Source: Eledone cirrhosa
Taxonomy: Eukaryota
Length of the DNA stretch: 64,000 nt
NCBI GenBank assembly: GCA_964016885.1
Contig: OZ024741.1
Coordinates: 374,604,001-374,668,000 of the forward strand
Reading direction: 5' to 3'
In this document: piece by piece, positions 12,712 through 47,612 of the stretch
How the letters are laid out: the number at the start of each line of letters is the position of its first letter
How positions within the stretch are numbered: position 1 is the first letter of the stretch
Program-made: the position numbers and the translations under genes
The notes under the pieces: model-generated
Database searches by the model: none
The model's input: only the letters and a program-made list of their open reading frames with translations
What the model was told of the DNA's origin: nothing

Positions 12712-14030
12712 CTAATACTGGCCACAGTACTTTCGGAACACACACCTCCACTGCTAATTTGGTCGCCCAGGTCACAGAAACTATCTACTTCTACCGAGCC
12801 CTCTGGCTATTTAAAGGGGCTAGTATCCTGTGGGCTCTTTCTACCTGTGCAATGAGCACATATAAAACCTGTGTTCTTTGTTAGCCTACCTGAAATCCAA
12901 CTACATCTCTTGTTACCCATAGTTTGCATTTGGGGTATAGGATGGAATTTCTACTCCTTTCCTGCACACCTGAGGCAATCTGGGCCCTGTTTCCCTTTCT
13001 ACATACTATGACTCTGGTCTTTGCCAAGTTGACTTTTAGACCTATAGATTCTAGGTTTTGCTTCCAGATTTGGAATTTTTTCTCTAGTTCTGCTATAAGG
13101 GTTAGATCATCTGCATACAGAAGTTCCCATGGGCAGGAAGAAAATAAACAGGAGAGGGCTAAGAATAGAGCCTTGATGCACTCTTACCTGAACATTAAAT
13201 TATTTGAGATGGAGGAAGTTCAGGGAACTAACTACAAAACATTTTTCCCTCAAAATAAAGGGCAGATTTGTATGATGTGTATACAAACAGTAATGTTGCA
13301 TAGTAGTGAGACCTGGGTACTGTGTGCAGAGGACCTGGGAAGATTGGAAAGAAATGAAGTTGGCATGCTTTGATGGATGTAATATAGATAAACAGCAAAG
13401 CATAAAAGAACTGCAAGAGAAACTGGGCATCAGAGGGATCAGATGCAGTGTGCAGAAGAGTAGACTGTATTGGTATGGATGTGTGATGCATATGAAGAAT
13501 GACAGCTACATAAAAAGGTGCAGGGCACTGAGTTGATGGATGCTATGTAGTAAGAAGACTTAGGATGAGGTGATAAAAGCTGACCTTGTACAAGTGTACC
13601 CCTCAAAGGCGATGAAACAGGATCAAGGTCTCTGGTGTTATGCAGTAATACAGAAGACCCACCTTCCCATGTGCATGGGTTGAAGCGTACATCTTGTATG
13701 TACTAGCTTCTGCTTCCCCCTTCCATACACCTCACACATCCTAACACCCCACCCTTCATCCAAATCCCCACAACCCCATCCTTCACCAGATAAGTGCCCC
13801 ACCCTATATCTACCTCACCAATCCTCACATACCTTCCCTACCCAAGCTCCCTGTCCACACTGCAAATGTGGTTGCCATTAGGAAGGGCATCAAGCTGTAA
13901 AATACAAGCCAGAAACAGTTCTATATGAGCATGACACTATCATCTGATCTGCCTTGTCGCACAATGGGACAACTCATCTAACTGATGCTAGCATGGAAAA
14001 ATGGATGTTAAACGGTTTGATGATGGATTA
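12712..14030. mobile_element. RTE-clade LINE with inverted 5' segment (about 12712-13200 minus, about 13205-14030 plus)
   Basis: The minus part encodes VHQGS.LSPLLF...PWELLYADDL...ESTVARI remnants; the plus part resumes at WRKFREL...MLHSSETW...RLYWYG. Confidence 0.8.
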
Positions 14031-14159
14031 TTACAGAAATGTTTTTGACCTATCAATTCATTGGATTTCAATTTCTACTTTGGACTTTAATAAATGATTT
14101 GTTTTAGTTCCATGCATTTGGTATTTATTTGTACAGTAAGCACAAAACAACAAAATACA

Positions 14160-16250
14160 CAAAACAACAAAATATGCAGGAAAATCTTGCATGACAACCT
14201 TTTGCAAACTACTGATGAGACTTGTGGCTGGAGTAGAGCACCAGCCAGACAGAAGGTGACCTGGTGATAGAACAGCTCAGTAGATAGAGCCATCAAAGCC
14301 AAGAGACAGGCATGGGAAGACTGGAAAAAGGTGGGTAGTAGAGACCAGTACCAGGTAGCTGAGAAGCTAGATGATTGGTATGCACAACTCAGAGAGAGGC
14401 TGAAGTAAGAAAGTTTGACAACGTCCTGAGATGTGAGGATCAGAGATGCAAAGTGTTTCACATTGCAAGGCAGTGTGTCAGTGTGAATTGTGATGTTGTT
14501 GGGGTAAAGTGTGTTAAAAATGACACCAGTGCATTTAGCACCACTGATACTCAAAAGAAAGAGGCCTGGAAAATTTCCTGTGAGTGACTAATGAATGTAG
14601 AGAATAAATGAGAGGAAGAGAAACTATCCTTAACCTACCCAGAAGAATGGGCAGCCATTAAAGTTGACAGTTATAGGGACAAAGAAGCAATCAAAGATAT
14701 GAATAATGGTAAAGCTGCGGGACCATCAGAGATAGTTGCTGAGATGCTAAAAGCATCGGGAGAAGTAGGAGTCAAACTAATAACCTGCATAGTCAACCAG
14801 GTAATACAGGAAGGTGTCATACCCAATGACTGGCACAGCCGTAAAACAGTACATTGCTCCAAGGGCAAAGGTGACACCCTAGCAAGGAGCAACTATAGAG
14901 GAATAAAATTAAAGGACCAAGTTATGATAGTGAGGGAAAGAGTTAAAATGCAACTAATTAGAGAAAGAATCAAATTAGACAAAATGCAATTTGGTTTCTT
15001 GCCTGAGAAAAGTACTACAGATGCCCTCTTTTTTAGTGAGGCAATTTCAAGAGTTCCTAGCCAAAAATAAGCCACTATACCTAACTTTCATTGATCTAGA
15101 AAAGGCCTTTGACAAAGTACTCTGACCTATTATCTGGTGGTCCTTAAGGAAATTAAGTCTAGAAAAATCGTTGGTGAGAGTAGTGTAAGCCATATACAAA
15201 GTGAGTTTAGTGAGGAATTCAAGGTACAGGTAGGAGTTCATCAGGGTTTGGTTCTTAGCTCACTACTATTCAGGCTATAGCAGGAGTTTAAGACCGGTTG
15301 CCCATGGGAACTTCTCTATGCAGATGATCTGGTCCTTATAGCCAAATTCATTAAAGAACTAGAAAATAAGTTCCAACGATGGAAACAGAATTTGGAATCA
15401 AAAGGGTTAACTGAGACCAAAAATCTAAAGTGCTAGTGAGTAGAAGATAGGATTCTGATTCCTTCAGAGAAGTGCTGTTGCTGAATATGTAGAAAGGGAG
15501 TAGGGATAAACTCCATACAATGTACACAATGTAAATGTTGGGTACACAAGATATGTAGTGGGATAACAGGTAGAGTAACAGGAAGGGAATATTTTGTATG
15601 TAGTAAGATGCACAGGGGTAACCAAGGGGAAGAGAGTCAGTGATATAAACGTATTCCAGGCATAGCAAGGACCCATAAAAATGGTTGATAGCTTCTGATA
15701 TCTAGGCGACGTAATTAGCAACAGAGGAGGGTGCTCTGAGAGCATAATAACTAGAATAAGGATAGGATGGAAAAAGTTTAGAGAGGTGCTTCAACTGTTG
15801 ACCACAAAAGGTTTCTCGCAATGTTCAAAAGGATGAATGTATGATGCCTGTATGCAAAGTGAAATATGGGCTGTGACTGCAGAGGACATGCGTAGACTGG
15901 AAAGAAATGAAGCACTCATGCTCCATTAGATGTTCAATGTTAGTGTGAGAGAAAGGCAGAACTTGGACGAGTTGAGGGAGAAGCTGGGTTTAAGAGGAAT
16001 CCGAGTTGGTGTGCAGGAGAGAAGACTGCATTGGTATGGCATGTGATGTGCATGGACAATGATCATTGGGTGAAGAAGTGCCAGTGGAAGGAAACCGCAG
16101 AAGAGGTAGACCAAGAAAGACCTGGGTAGAAGTTGTGAGAGCTCACCTCAAATCACTGAGACTCACAGAGGAGACGACGAAAAAACGTGATGAGTGGAGA
16201 GATGCCATGCTGAGAATGACCTGTCCAACCCATGCAAGTGTGAAAAAAAC
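14160..16250 (+). mobile_element. Decayed RTE-clade LINE (about 2 kb of ORF)
   Basis: ORF 14699-15070 (GKAAGPSEIVAEMLK...SNYRGIKL...MQFGFLP), PWELLYADDL, and GNRRRGRPRKTW at the 3' end; many stops. Confidence 0.9.
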
Positions 16251-16969
16251 GCCCCCAGGCATGTACAAAAGTAAGTAAATAAAGAAATCAGTAGTCAGAA
16301 TATAAAATAAATAGACAAAGACTAATTATATATAAATCAGAAACATAATTAAGCAAGTTGTATTTTATTGCAGTATTTTATTTATTTTGATTTCTTATGC
16401 AAATATCAGGTTTTGGTCCTGAAATTCAATCGACTCTCTAGATAGTCCCATCAACTACTTCATCGAGGAACCTCTGCTCTAATGATTCTGCCATATTGCT
16501 GCCTTTTTGTTTTGTTGGCAGTGGTAGAATACCAACACAATTATATAAAGATTAAAAATTGTAGAATTAGATTTAGTATCTAATAAAATGGTCAGTTTAA
16601 CATTATATCTTATGTTAAGTTATCATTCAAACATCGTCTGTAAGTTGTTTTATTCTAAATGAACAAATAAAATCATATATCATGGTTTCTATATAATATT
16701 AATAAAATTCATTTGGAATGGTCAACAAGTTCACAGACCTCATTTGAATGGGGAGGAACTTGTCAAATAAGACCAAAGAAACAATGTTTCCATTGCTGAT
16801 ACTATTTACCAGTCGCAACACTTGGCAGAAAAAAATTATTTATTTCAATCATATTATGTATTTTATAGAAAGTTTACTTGTAATACCCATGAAAATATGC
16901 AAAGTAGTTGAAGATGTCAGTTCGCTTTTAAAGTTCATGATTATACTAGTGATATGATAGTCATATGAG

Positions 16970-16975
16970 TTTATT
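16970..16975 (-). promoter_or_regulatory. Candidate polyadenylation signal AATAAA of the minus-strand PK-like gene
   Basis: TTTATT on the + strand about 50 nt beyond the stop; the AT-rich context makes chance occurrence possible. Confidence 0.4.
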
Positions 16976-17023
16976 TGAATTAGAAATAATTTTATCTTCT
17001 TTAAAGCTTGTGAGAAAATTGAT

Positions 17024-38788
<21,765 letters not shown>

Positions 38789-39434
38789 CTTTATTGATCA
38801 GTGTTGAAAGAGTTAAAGCATGAGTGACCTGAAATAAACTGTATATCAAACAGATGTTTAATTTAGTAGAGTAGGAACTAATTTAACAATCCATTTTTTC
38901 TTAATTTTTTTTATGCTCCTTTTTTATATTTTAACTCCAGTCCCTATTTAAATTCTTTATTTTATTTTATTTATTCAATTGTTTTAAAAATTTAAATGTT
39001 TATTTTTATATTCATTTATCTCTGTATATCTTGTTTTTTGTTTTTGTTTCCCAACTGTAAGAAGTAATAGATACTTCCCCTAGTTTGCCATTTCTTAATA
39101 GCTCGTTTAAATTGATTGAATAAATAAATATATAAATTTTTAAAATATATGAATAATTCTTTCTAATTTGGCACAAGGCCAGCAATTTGTGGTGTAGGGG
39201 AAAGTTAATTATATCGATCCTAGTATTGGGACTTTATTTTAGTGACTCCAGAAGGCATGGCTGACCTTGGCAGGTTTTGAACTCAGAACATAAAGGGCCA
39301 TAACTAAAGGCTTACAAAGCATTTGTCTAATGTTCTAAAGATTCTACCGATCCACTAGCTTTGCTAGTTTAAATAATATTTTCTAACTTAGGCACAAAGC
39401 TAGTAATTTGCAAGGAAGGGAAACTAGATTATAT

Positions 39435-39755
39435 TCACCCCAGTACCTTACTGGTTTTATATTATTGCCCACCTCACCCCTCAGTTCTTTTACTGGTACT
39501 TTATTTTATTACCTCCAGTACTCTACTGGAACTTTATTCTATCACCCCTCCAGTACTTTACTGGTACCTTATTTTATCACCCCCCTCAATACTTTACTGG
39601 TACTCTATTTTATCACCCCAGTACTTCACTGGTACTCTATTTTATTGGCCCTTAATATTTTACTGGTACTCTATTTTATCGATACCAGTATTTTACTGCT
39701 ACTCCATTTTATCAACCCCACCCCTCAATACTTTACTGGTACTTTATTATATCGA
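39435..39755 (-). repeat. Degenerate ~30-bp tandem amplification of the SINE core segment
   Basis: About 9 iterations of CCAGTACTTTACTGGTACTTTATTTTATCACCC within one SINE copy. Confidence 0.75.
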
Positions 39756-40239
39756 ACTTGGAAGGATGAAGACAAAGTTGACATTGGCCTAACTCAAACT
39801 TAGAATGCTGAGGTCTGTAATGAAACACTACAATACATTTCATCCGGCACTCTAATGATACTGCCACCATCTTGAAATAAATATTGATTTCTTTATTGGC
39901 CACTAGAGCTGAACTTTAAATAAATAATAAACAATATATATGTGTGTGTGTGTGTGTGTGTGGGGGGGGGGGGGGGGTGTACCGATATAGTTTGCTTTTG
40001 TTGATTCATACAGCTTTTCCATTCATACCATGGATGAGTGGTGTTTGTTGGAGCTCCAGTGGTGTTTTGCTTGAGATAGGAAGGAACACGCACACATACA
40101 CAAACAAACATACACACACAAACAGACATGCACACACACACACACACAAACATACACAAGTCCCATTGCCAAGCTTTTCTCCTTTGGAAACTAGGCTTTA
40201 GAATATTCAGGGGAAGTATTCTAATTCACAATAATCTAT

Positions 40240-41455
40240 ATTTAATTCTGTGCCACACAAAAGACTTATGGCGAAACTCTCTGCAATGGGTGTGAGGGAT
40301 GATCTTTTTAACTGGTTGAAATCCTTCATTCTCAGCCGAAAAGAGGTAGTCACGGTTCTAGGACAGCATTCTTCACCATATGAGATGTCATCTGGTGTAC
40401 CACAGGGATCTGTTCTTGGTCCCCTTTTGTTTGTGGCATATATTAATGACATAGATGCCAACTTAAAGAATGCCACGGTACTGAAATATGCAGATGACAT
40501 CAAGTTATACCTTGAAATCCAAAGGACTGATCCTGAAATCTACAACTCTTTCCTACAATCAGACCTGGACACAATGCAGCAATGGATCACAGACTGGCAA
40601 CTGAAGCTGGCTGTGGACAAGTGTACCACCATGCATTTTGGGAGGAAAAACCCAACGTCCACATACTCCCTCCACAACACTGATATCAAGAAGTCCTCTT
40701 GTGAACGTGACCTGGGCATTACTGTCAGCAGCGATTTACGTTGGACAAAGCATGTCTCTAAGATTGTCAAGAAGGCCGAGGGTGTCTTGGCATCACTCAG
40801 CAAGACCTTTGTTAGCCGCTCTCCAGTCATCTATTTAAAACTCTATACAGCTATGGTACGACCACACTTGGAATTCGCATCATCAGTCTGGAACCCCTAT
40901 CTTGCTCAGAACATTGACCTCCTGGAAACTGTTCAGAGACATGCAACCAAGTGCATACACTCCATCAGACACCTACCATACTCTGAATGCCTTGCTTCCC
41001 TGGGCATGAATTCATTGAAACTCCGACGTCTGGAAATGGACTTGGTAAACACCCACAAAGTTATTAACCATCTCGCCAACAACAACCCTGAGCACCTTTT
41101 TGATCTCCATGTGTCTAACACATGTGGACATGCCTAGAAAATCAGAAAACAGCACAGCTCCCATGACTTTCGTAAACATTTTTTCACGCTTAGAGTTGCT
41201 GAAGCATGGAACAAACTGCCTGCGTCAGTTGTTAGCTGCTGAGACACTGCATCCTTTAAAACCCTCATGCTTCCCGAAATTTGCCAAAACTACACCTGAT
41301 GTACCCCTTCCATACACATGAACACATGTATATATCATGACTCGTGCACTGTTCATTATCCTGACGTTTGTACATTACCCTATGTACTATACATACACTT
41401 TTGATGAGTTGTAGTGCACCTGAGCACTGTACACAATATTTTCATTATTATTTTT
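40240..41455 (+). mobile_element. CR1-clade LINE, 5'-truncated, RT C-terminal half
   Basis: ORF 40250-41137 with SGVPQGSVLGPLLF.YINDI and YADD motifs; stops downstream; (TTA)n tail. Confidence 0.92.
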
Positions 41456-42147
41456 ATATCACTGTACATTTTTCTAATTCTGAGGGTATACCATTGAAAA
41501 GTAGGAGTGTGGGCAGCAGTGTCATTCAGTGCCCATCTTGTCAATGGGCCTGTCCCATACACCCTTGAAGTACAGAACACTAAAAATAGATGGAACTTGT
41601 GGAAGGAGTAGACCCAGGAAGGCATGGGATGAAGTGGTGAGGAATGATCACAGGAATATGGTGTACCTATTCTTAACTTATGTCCTGGGTGACATTAAAC
41701 TGCATCTAGTGGCAAGGCTTCAGTTCAGGAGTTCAGGAGCTGTGGGGAATGTGGAGTTACCCCTTAGTTGTTATCGCTCCTAAGTCTGCTCTGGCCCGGA
41801 GTAGTAGTACCTGTTAGGGCCCCATTTATGCCAGTAAGGTATTATCAGCCATTGAAAAGAACCATCTTCGGAATTTTACATGCCCTAGATAGATAGATTC
41901 TTAACCTGGATACACATGGCTGGTTGAGTCATGTGTTGGGGAACAATGAAAATGGTTGGGTGAGAGGAGTGATTGAAATGAAAGTGTAAGAAAGTAGAAG
42001 AGGAAAACCTAGAAAAATATGGCTAAAGAGAGAGTGAAAGCCAGAGTAATAGTAGTAGGATGCAGATGATAGAGTAAAATGGAGAAGCTTTTCATACCCT
42101 CAACTCACAACCTAAGGCTAACCCCTGCTCTCATTAGGAAAATGGCA

Positions 42148-42622
42148 TTAACCATTTAGGATCTAAACCGGCCATATCCAGCTAGAATTCTCTCAGCTCT
42201 TTCCGTTCAAATGTCTGTAACTGGCCACACATACTTATGTTAAGGTATTGTTCTTAAAATAAATTATATCAAAATCTCATAGATTCAATATTATGGGAGA
42301 TATTATGTGATATAAAGCCTTTACTGTGAAAATATAATAGTAAATATAGAGTAATGTAAATGCTAAAAAGTTAAAGTAACTGCTGCTTTTGTTAGAAAAA
42401 TGGCCTTTAACCCTTTAGCATTTACATTACTCTATATTTACTATTATATTTTCATGGTAAAGGCTTTACCTCACATAATATCGAATCTATGAGATTTTGA
42501 TATTATTTATTTTGAGAGCAATACTTTAACATAAGTATGAGTGGCCAGTTATGGCCGGTTTGAACAGAAAGAGGTGAGAGAATTCTGGCCAGATACAGCC
42601 AGTTTAAACGCTAAAGGGTTAA
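42148..42622. mobile_element. Inverted pair of piggyBac-type MITEs separated by 32 bp
   Basis: 42148-42374 and 42407-42622 are reverse complements of one another. Confidence 0.85.
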
Positions 42623-43019
42623 ACATTTGTTAAACACAGAGTGAAAATAATTCCTTTCAACTTCTATGCTAGTCTTGGTTGAAAATCCACAAAACAGTAA
42701 AAAGTATATATAACTGGTTTATGAGTAGATGAATTCTCTAAAATATTATTCTGGATCTACAATTGTTCAAAGATGGTTAGGTTGGCAGGACCTTGCTGGA
42801 GAAGTAAGCAGGAATTTATATACAAGTTACTATTGTGTGAACCAACTAATGGGAGATGCAGTAGAGGAAGACCAGCTCGGACCTTTATCATCTCAGATGA
42901 AACAAACCTCAGTAGGGAGTAGTTGCCAGGAGAAATGGCAACTTGTGAATTGTGGAGAGACTTTGTCAGGAATGTTCGACTGTGGTGCCAATGATGATGA
43001 TGACGATGCTGAACTCTTT

Positions 43020-43590
43020 TGATACCAAATTGACCAAAAGTGTCTCTGGTTCTATGAAACAAAACCATCCAAGTTAAAGGGTTCCTATTTACCGAAGGAT
43101 TTACATCCCTCATCTGGGACACCACCTGCTGCGGCACGTTCTTCGCCTCCAACCTAGTTGCTTCAGTCACAAACCTGGGCATCATGGCCCGCCTTGCAGA
43201 AGAACATAAAATAAACAAATACCGGGGTTTGTCCAGTCACTTCCTCTTTGCACTGGCCACTGTTGAGACCTCAGGCGTACTTGGACCCTGTACTGCTGAG
43301 CTCCTCCGCAAGATCGGAATGTTGACAGCCTGTCTGAGGAAGGAACCCGGCGAGTTTGGCTGTTGCAGTGGGTGTCACTGACCATTGTCTGGGGGAATGC
43401 TTTTGCCGTCTTGTCTGTGGAGTGCAGCACTTCTGCCCTCTTGCCCTAGGCCGAAAGGTCAATCATCCTTTTGTCTCTTCTGTGACACCAGAGCTCTTGC
43501 CATCCGCTCACATTCCCGTTCTTTTTCTCCTTTCTTTCTCTCTTTTTTCTCTATATTTCCCTATTCTTTCTTTCCTTTTATTTCTCTTTT
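43020..43590 (+). mobile_element. 3' fragment of a non-LTR element with restriction-like endonuclease (CRE/R2-group-like)
   Basis: LIWDTTCCGT...ARLAEEHKINKYRGL...ATVETSGVLG...(frameshift)WLLQWVSLTIVWGNA. Shorter related pieces at about 49780-49870, 50900-51020 and 51100-51270. Confidence 0.65.
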
Positions 43591-45333
43591 TTTAAAATTA
43601 TAGTTGTCATTATTATTATCATTATTGTTACTGTAAATAGGGCGGTGGATTGGCAGTATCGGTAGAGGGTCGGACGCCATGCTTTCCAGCATAGTTACGT
43701 CCCTTTTACGATCTGAGTTCAAATCCCGCCGAGGTTGACTTTGCCTTTCATCCTTACGGGGTCGATAAAATAAAGTACCAGTAATGCACTGGGTAATTGC
43801 TGGCCTTGTGCCAAAAGTAGAAACAATTATTGTTACTGTAAATAATATGTTTATGCAGTTTTTATTGTTAAAGAATAAAAGCATACTTGAATATAAGACG
43901 AGGACTTTCGGACCAAAATATCGAAGGTAAAATGGTGAGTGGGTGGTGGTGGGTCAACTTATATTTGCCATCTAAATATGTGTTGATTAGCTGCCTCTGC
44001 TTATAAATGAGATTTGGATTTTTGCCTATTTCTCAGGCATAAAATAAGGAGGTGAGGTTGGTGGTGGTGGTTGGGAGGTTCAGCTTATATTCAAGTATAT
44101 TCAGTAATTGAACATTTTCCAGCATAATTTTATATAAGAACCATCATTCATCATCATCATAGTTTTTATGTCAACTTTTCCATGTTGGCATGGGTTGGAC
44201 AGGACTTTTAGTGGCAATGTTTTACAGTTGACTTTTCTTTGCACCAACCCTTTTAGTCACTTCTTATGACATGCAGGGATATGGAGTACCTATTCTAAAC
44301 TGGATACACACTATTATGTTATTACCTTTGTAATTAATTAATAATTGTTTCTACTTTAGGCACAAGGCCAGCAATTACCCAGTGCATTACTGGTATTTTA
44401 TTTTATCGACCCCGTAAGGATGAAAGACAAAGTCAAAATTAATAATGGTTTCTGATTTAGGTACAAGCCCAATAATTTGGGGAGAGGAGAAAGTTGATTA
44501 ACCCTTTAGCATTTACATTACTCGATATATACTATTGTATTTTCACAGTAAAGGCTTTATCTCACATAGTATCTCACATAATATCGAATCTATGAGATTT
44601 TCATATTATTTATTTTGAGAGCAATACCTTAACATCTGTATGAGAGGCCGGTTAAAGCCAGTTTGAACAGAAAGAAGTGAGAGAATTATGGCCAGATATT
44701 GCCGGTTTAAATGCTAAAGGGCTAAATCAACCCTAGTGCATTACTGGTACTTTATTTTATCGGGCCCGTAAAGATGAAAGGTAAAGTTAACCTTAGTAGG
44801 ATTTGAACTCAGAACATAAAGGACCATAACTCTATGCCACAAAGCATGTTGTCCGATGCTCTACTGATACTGCAAATCCACCAAATTAATTGAAATAGAG
44901 TCTATTTCATTAGAAATAAAGTTTTGAAACGGTTAAAATAATTTTCTAGATCAGGGATTTCCAAACTGTATGTTGCAACACTTTGTGAATCAGATCAAGA
45001 TTTATAAATATGAAAAATCTACAATAGTAAAGTTAATCCAGTTGACCTAACTTAACAGTTGGACTTCTTTTGAAGGTCAAGGTGAAGGTCAAATTAACCC
45101 AAATCTCTGAAGTAGTTGAAGATGAATATCAGGAATATTTTTATGTAAGACTATGTACTGTTTAACCACTTGAAGAGGGATCGGAGAAATATATATTCAC
45201 AGTATTTCCATTTAACCACTTGAAGAGGGATAGAACTATATGTTTACAGTATTTAAGAAGCAGATTTTATAGTTTTCAATATGCTCTTTGTTTTGTATGA
45301 ATATAAACTTTATTCACAACTTAGTGTACATAT

Positions 45334-45415
<82 letters not shown>

Positions 45416-45734
45416 TGGAGAATGAAATAAAATAATTTGTAAAAAAAAAATATAGGCGAAAAATGCGGGAGGGGGCAGACCCTACACCCTTGGCTTGCTG
45501 GTATGTCTCAACTGTGTTATGCTAACAAGATGGTGAAAGCTTTGCTGCGGAGAACAGCCAGCCAGCGATACCTGTTGCATCAGCCATTCCATTTCCCACG
45601 ATTCTCTTCTTTTTTCATGTAAATAAAAATCGCGTTAAGAAAAACCATAATTATATTTTCAATTATATATATATATACACGTGTGAGTGTGTGTGAAATG
45701 TGTGCATTCCAACGCAAATGACCAAAATAATAGT

Positions 45735-45784
<50 letters not shown>

Positions 45785-45850
45785 GTATATATATGTATAT
45801 ATATAAGTATATATATATATATATATAAGTATATATATATATATATATAA

Positions 45851-45904
<54 letters not shown>

Positions 45905-45915
45905 GTATATGTATC
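45735..45915. repeat. (TA)n microsatellite (one of many)
   Basis: Direct reading; others at about 9945-10020, 10275-10315, 10562-10592, 36783-36812 and 47533-47607. (TATG)n at about 47105-47310. Confidence 0.97.
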
Positions 45916-47529
45916 AAAGGTATATATTGAGTTAGGAACTCAAAATAGTCTCTTACAACAAAATAGCTCTAAGAAAGAGATATTTCCGAGCCGTATATTT
46001 TTTTATATTCTATTATAATATATGTATATGTATATGTATATATATATGTAATATATATATATATATATATACATATCAGCAAAACTAGCTCACTCACCGG
46101 CTTTGTTACCTCAAAACTTTTTAAATAATGCATATTTTTAAAGGAACCCAGGAAGTGGAAAGACTGATTTGATGAAGAAAAATGTCAGTACAGGGATCAA
46201 GAACCAAGGACACTGAATGCCTCAATTGCGATGGGGCACACACACACAAAAGGAAACAGTCAATCATTGTCTGGTAGTATGTTATTATATACAACCGAGG
46301 TAGGGTGGTGGATTGGCAAAATCGGTAGAGCGTCAGACACCATGCTTTACAGCATATATTTACGTCCCATTATGTCCTGAGTTCATAGCCCAAGGTTATA
46401 ATTGCTTTTCATCCTTACAGGGTCGATAAAAGAAAGTACCAGTAATGTGTCAATTTAATAAAATTTCCCCTTCCCCCAAATTGTTGGCCGTGTGCCTAAA
46501 TCAGAAACTATTGGCTGTATCGGTAGAGCATCAGATAACATGCTTTGCAGCATATATTCATGTCCCTTTATGTTCTGAGTTCAAATCCTGCCAAAGTTAG
46601 TTTTGCCTTTCATCCTTACAAGGTCGATAAAATAAAGTACCAGTAATACATGGAGGTCAATTTAATCGACTTTCTCTTCCTCCAAAATTGTTGGCCTTGT
46701 GCCATTATCAGAGCATCGGATAATATGTTTTGCAGCATTTAGTTCCAGCCCTTTACGTTCTGAATTCAAATCATTCCAAGGTTAGCTTTGCCTTTCAACC
46801 TTACGGGATTGATAAAATAAAGTACCAGTAATGCACTGGAGTCGATTTAACCGACTTTCCCCTCCCCTAAAATTGTTGACCTTGTGCCTGAGTCAGAAGC
46901 CATTATTATACAGCTGAGTAGTTTAAGTTGACAGACATGCACTCCACTGCAAGATTAAAGGATAACCTGACACTGCACATATACATGGCTGCATTAATGG
47001 TAGAGTGATGTCACTTTAAGAATGGAGAAGACAACAACTTGAGAAAGCACACATTCACACACATAAGTGTGTGAATGTTTGTGTATGTGTGAGAGAGAGA
47101 GAGAGTATGTATGTATGTATGTATGTATGTATGTATGTATGTACAAGTGTATGTATGTGTGTATGCATGCATGTGTGTGTATGTATGCATGTGTGTATGT
47201 ATGCATGTATGTATGGATGTGAGTGTATGTAAGTGTGTGTATGTATGCATATGAGTGTATGTATGCATGTGTGTATGTATGTATGCATATGAGTGTATGT
47301 ATGCATGTGTGATTGTATGTTTGGGTGTAAAAACACGTTTAAATCATCAGGTGATTGATGATTAAGACGTTTTTCATCTCGAAACCACTGGTAGTGCTGA
47401 GTTAAGTAACACTGTTAATATAAATACTGAACTTCCACATGTGCTGACTACTTTTTTTTTCCTTTGTACTCCCTATCATCATCATCACCGTTTTACATCC
47501 GTTCTTCCACGGTAGCATGGGTTATTTTT

Positions 47530-47612
<83 letters not shown>

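Noticed and set aside
16405-16495. Possible small exon between the two PK-like genes
   Set aside because: Short frames close within a few codons on both strands and show no recognisable homology.
45070-45095. Nuclear-receptor half-site cluster AGGTCA-AGGTGA-AGGTCA
   Set aside because: Short motif within what appears to be repeat-derived sequence; no independent support for a regulatory role.
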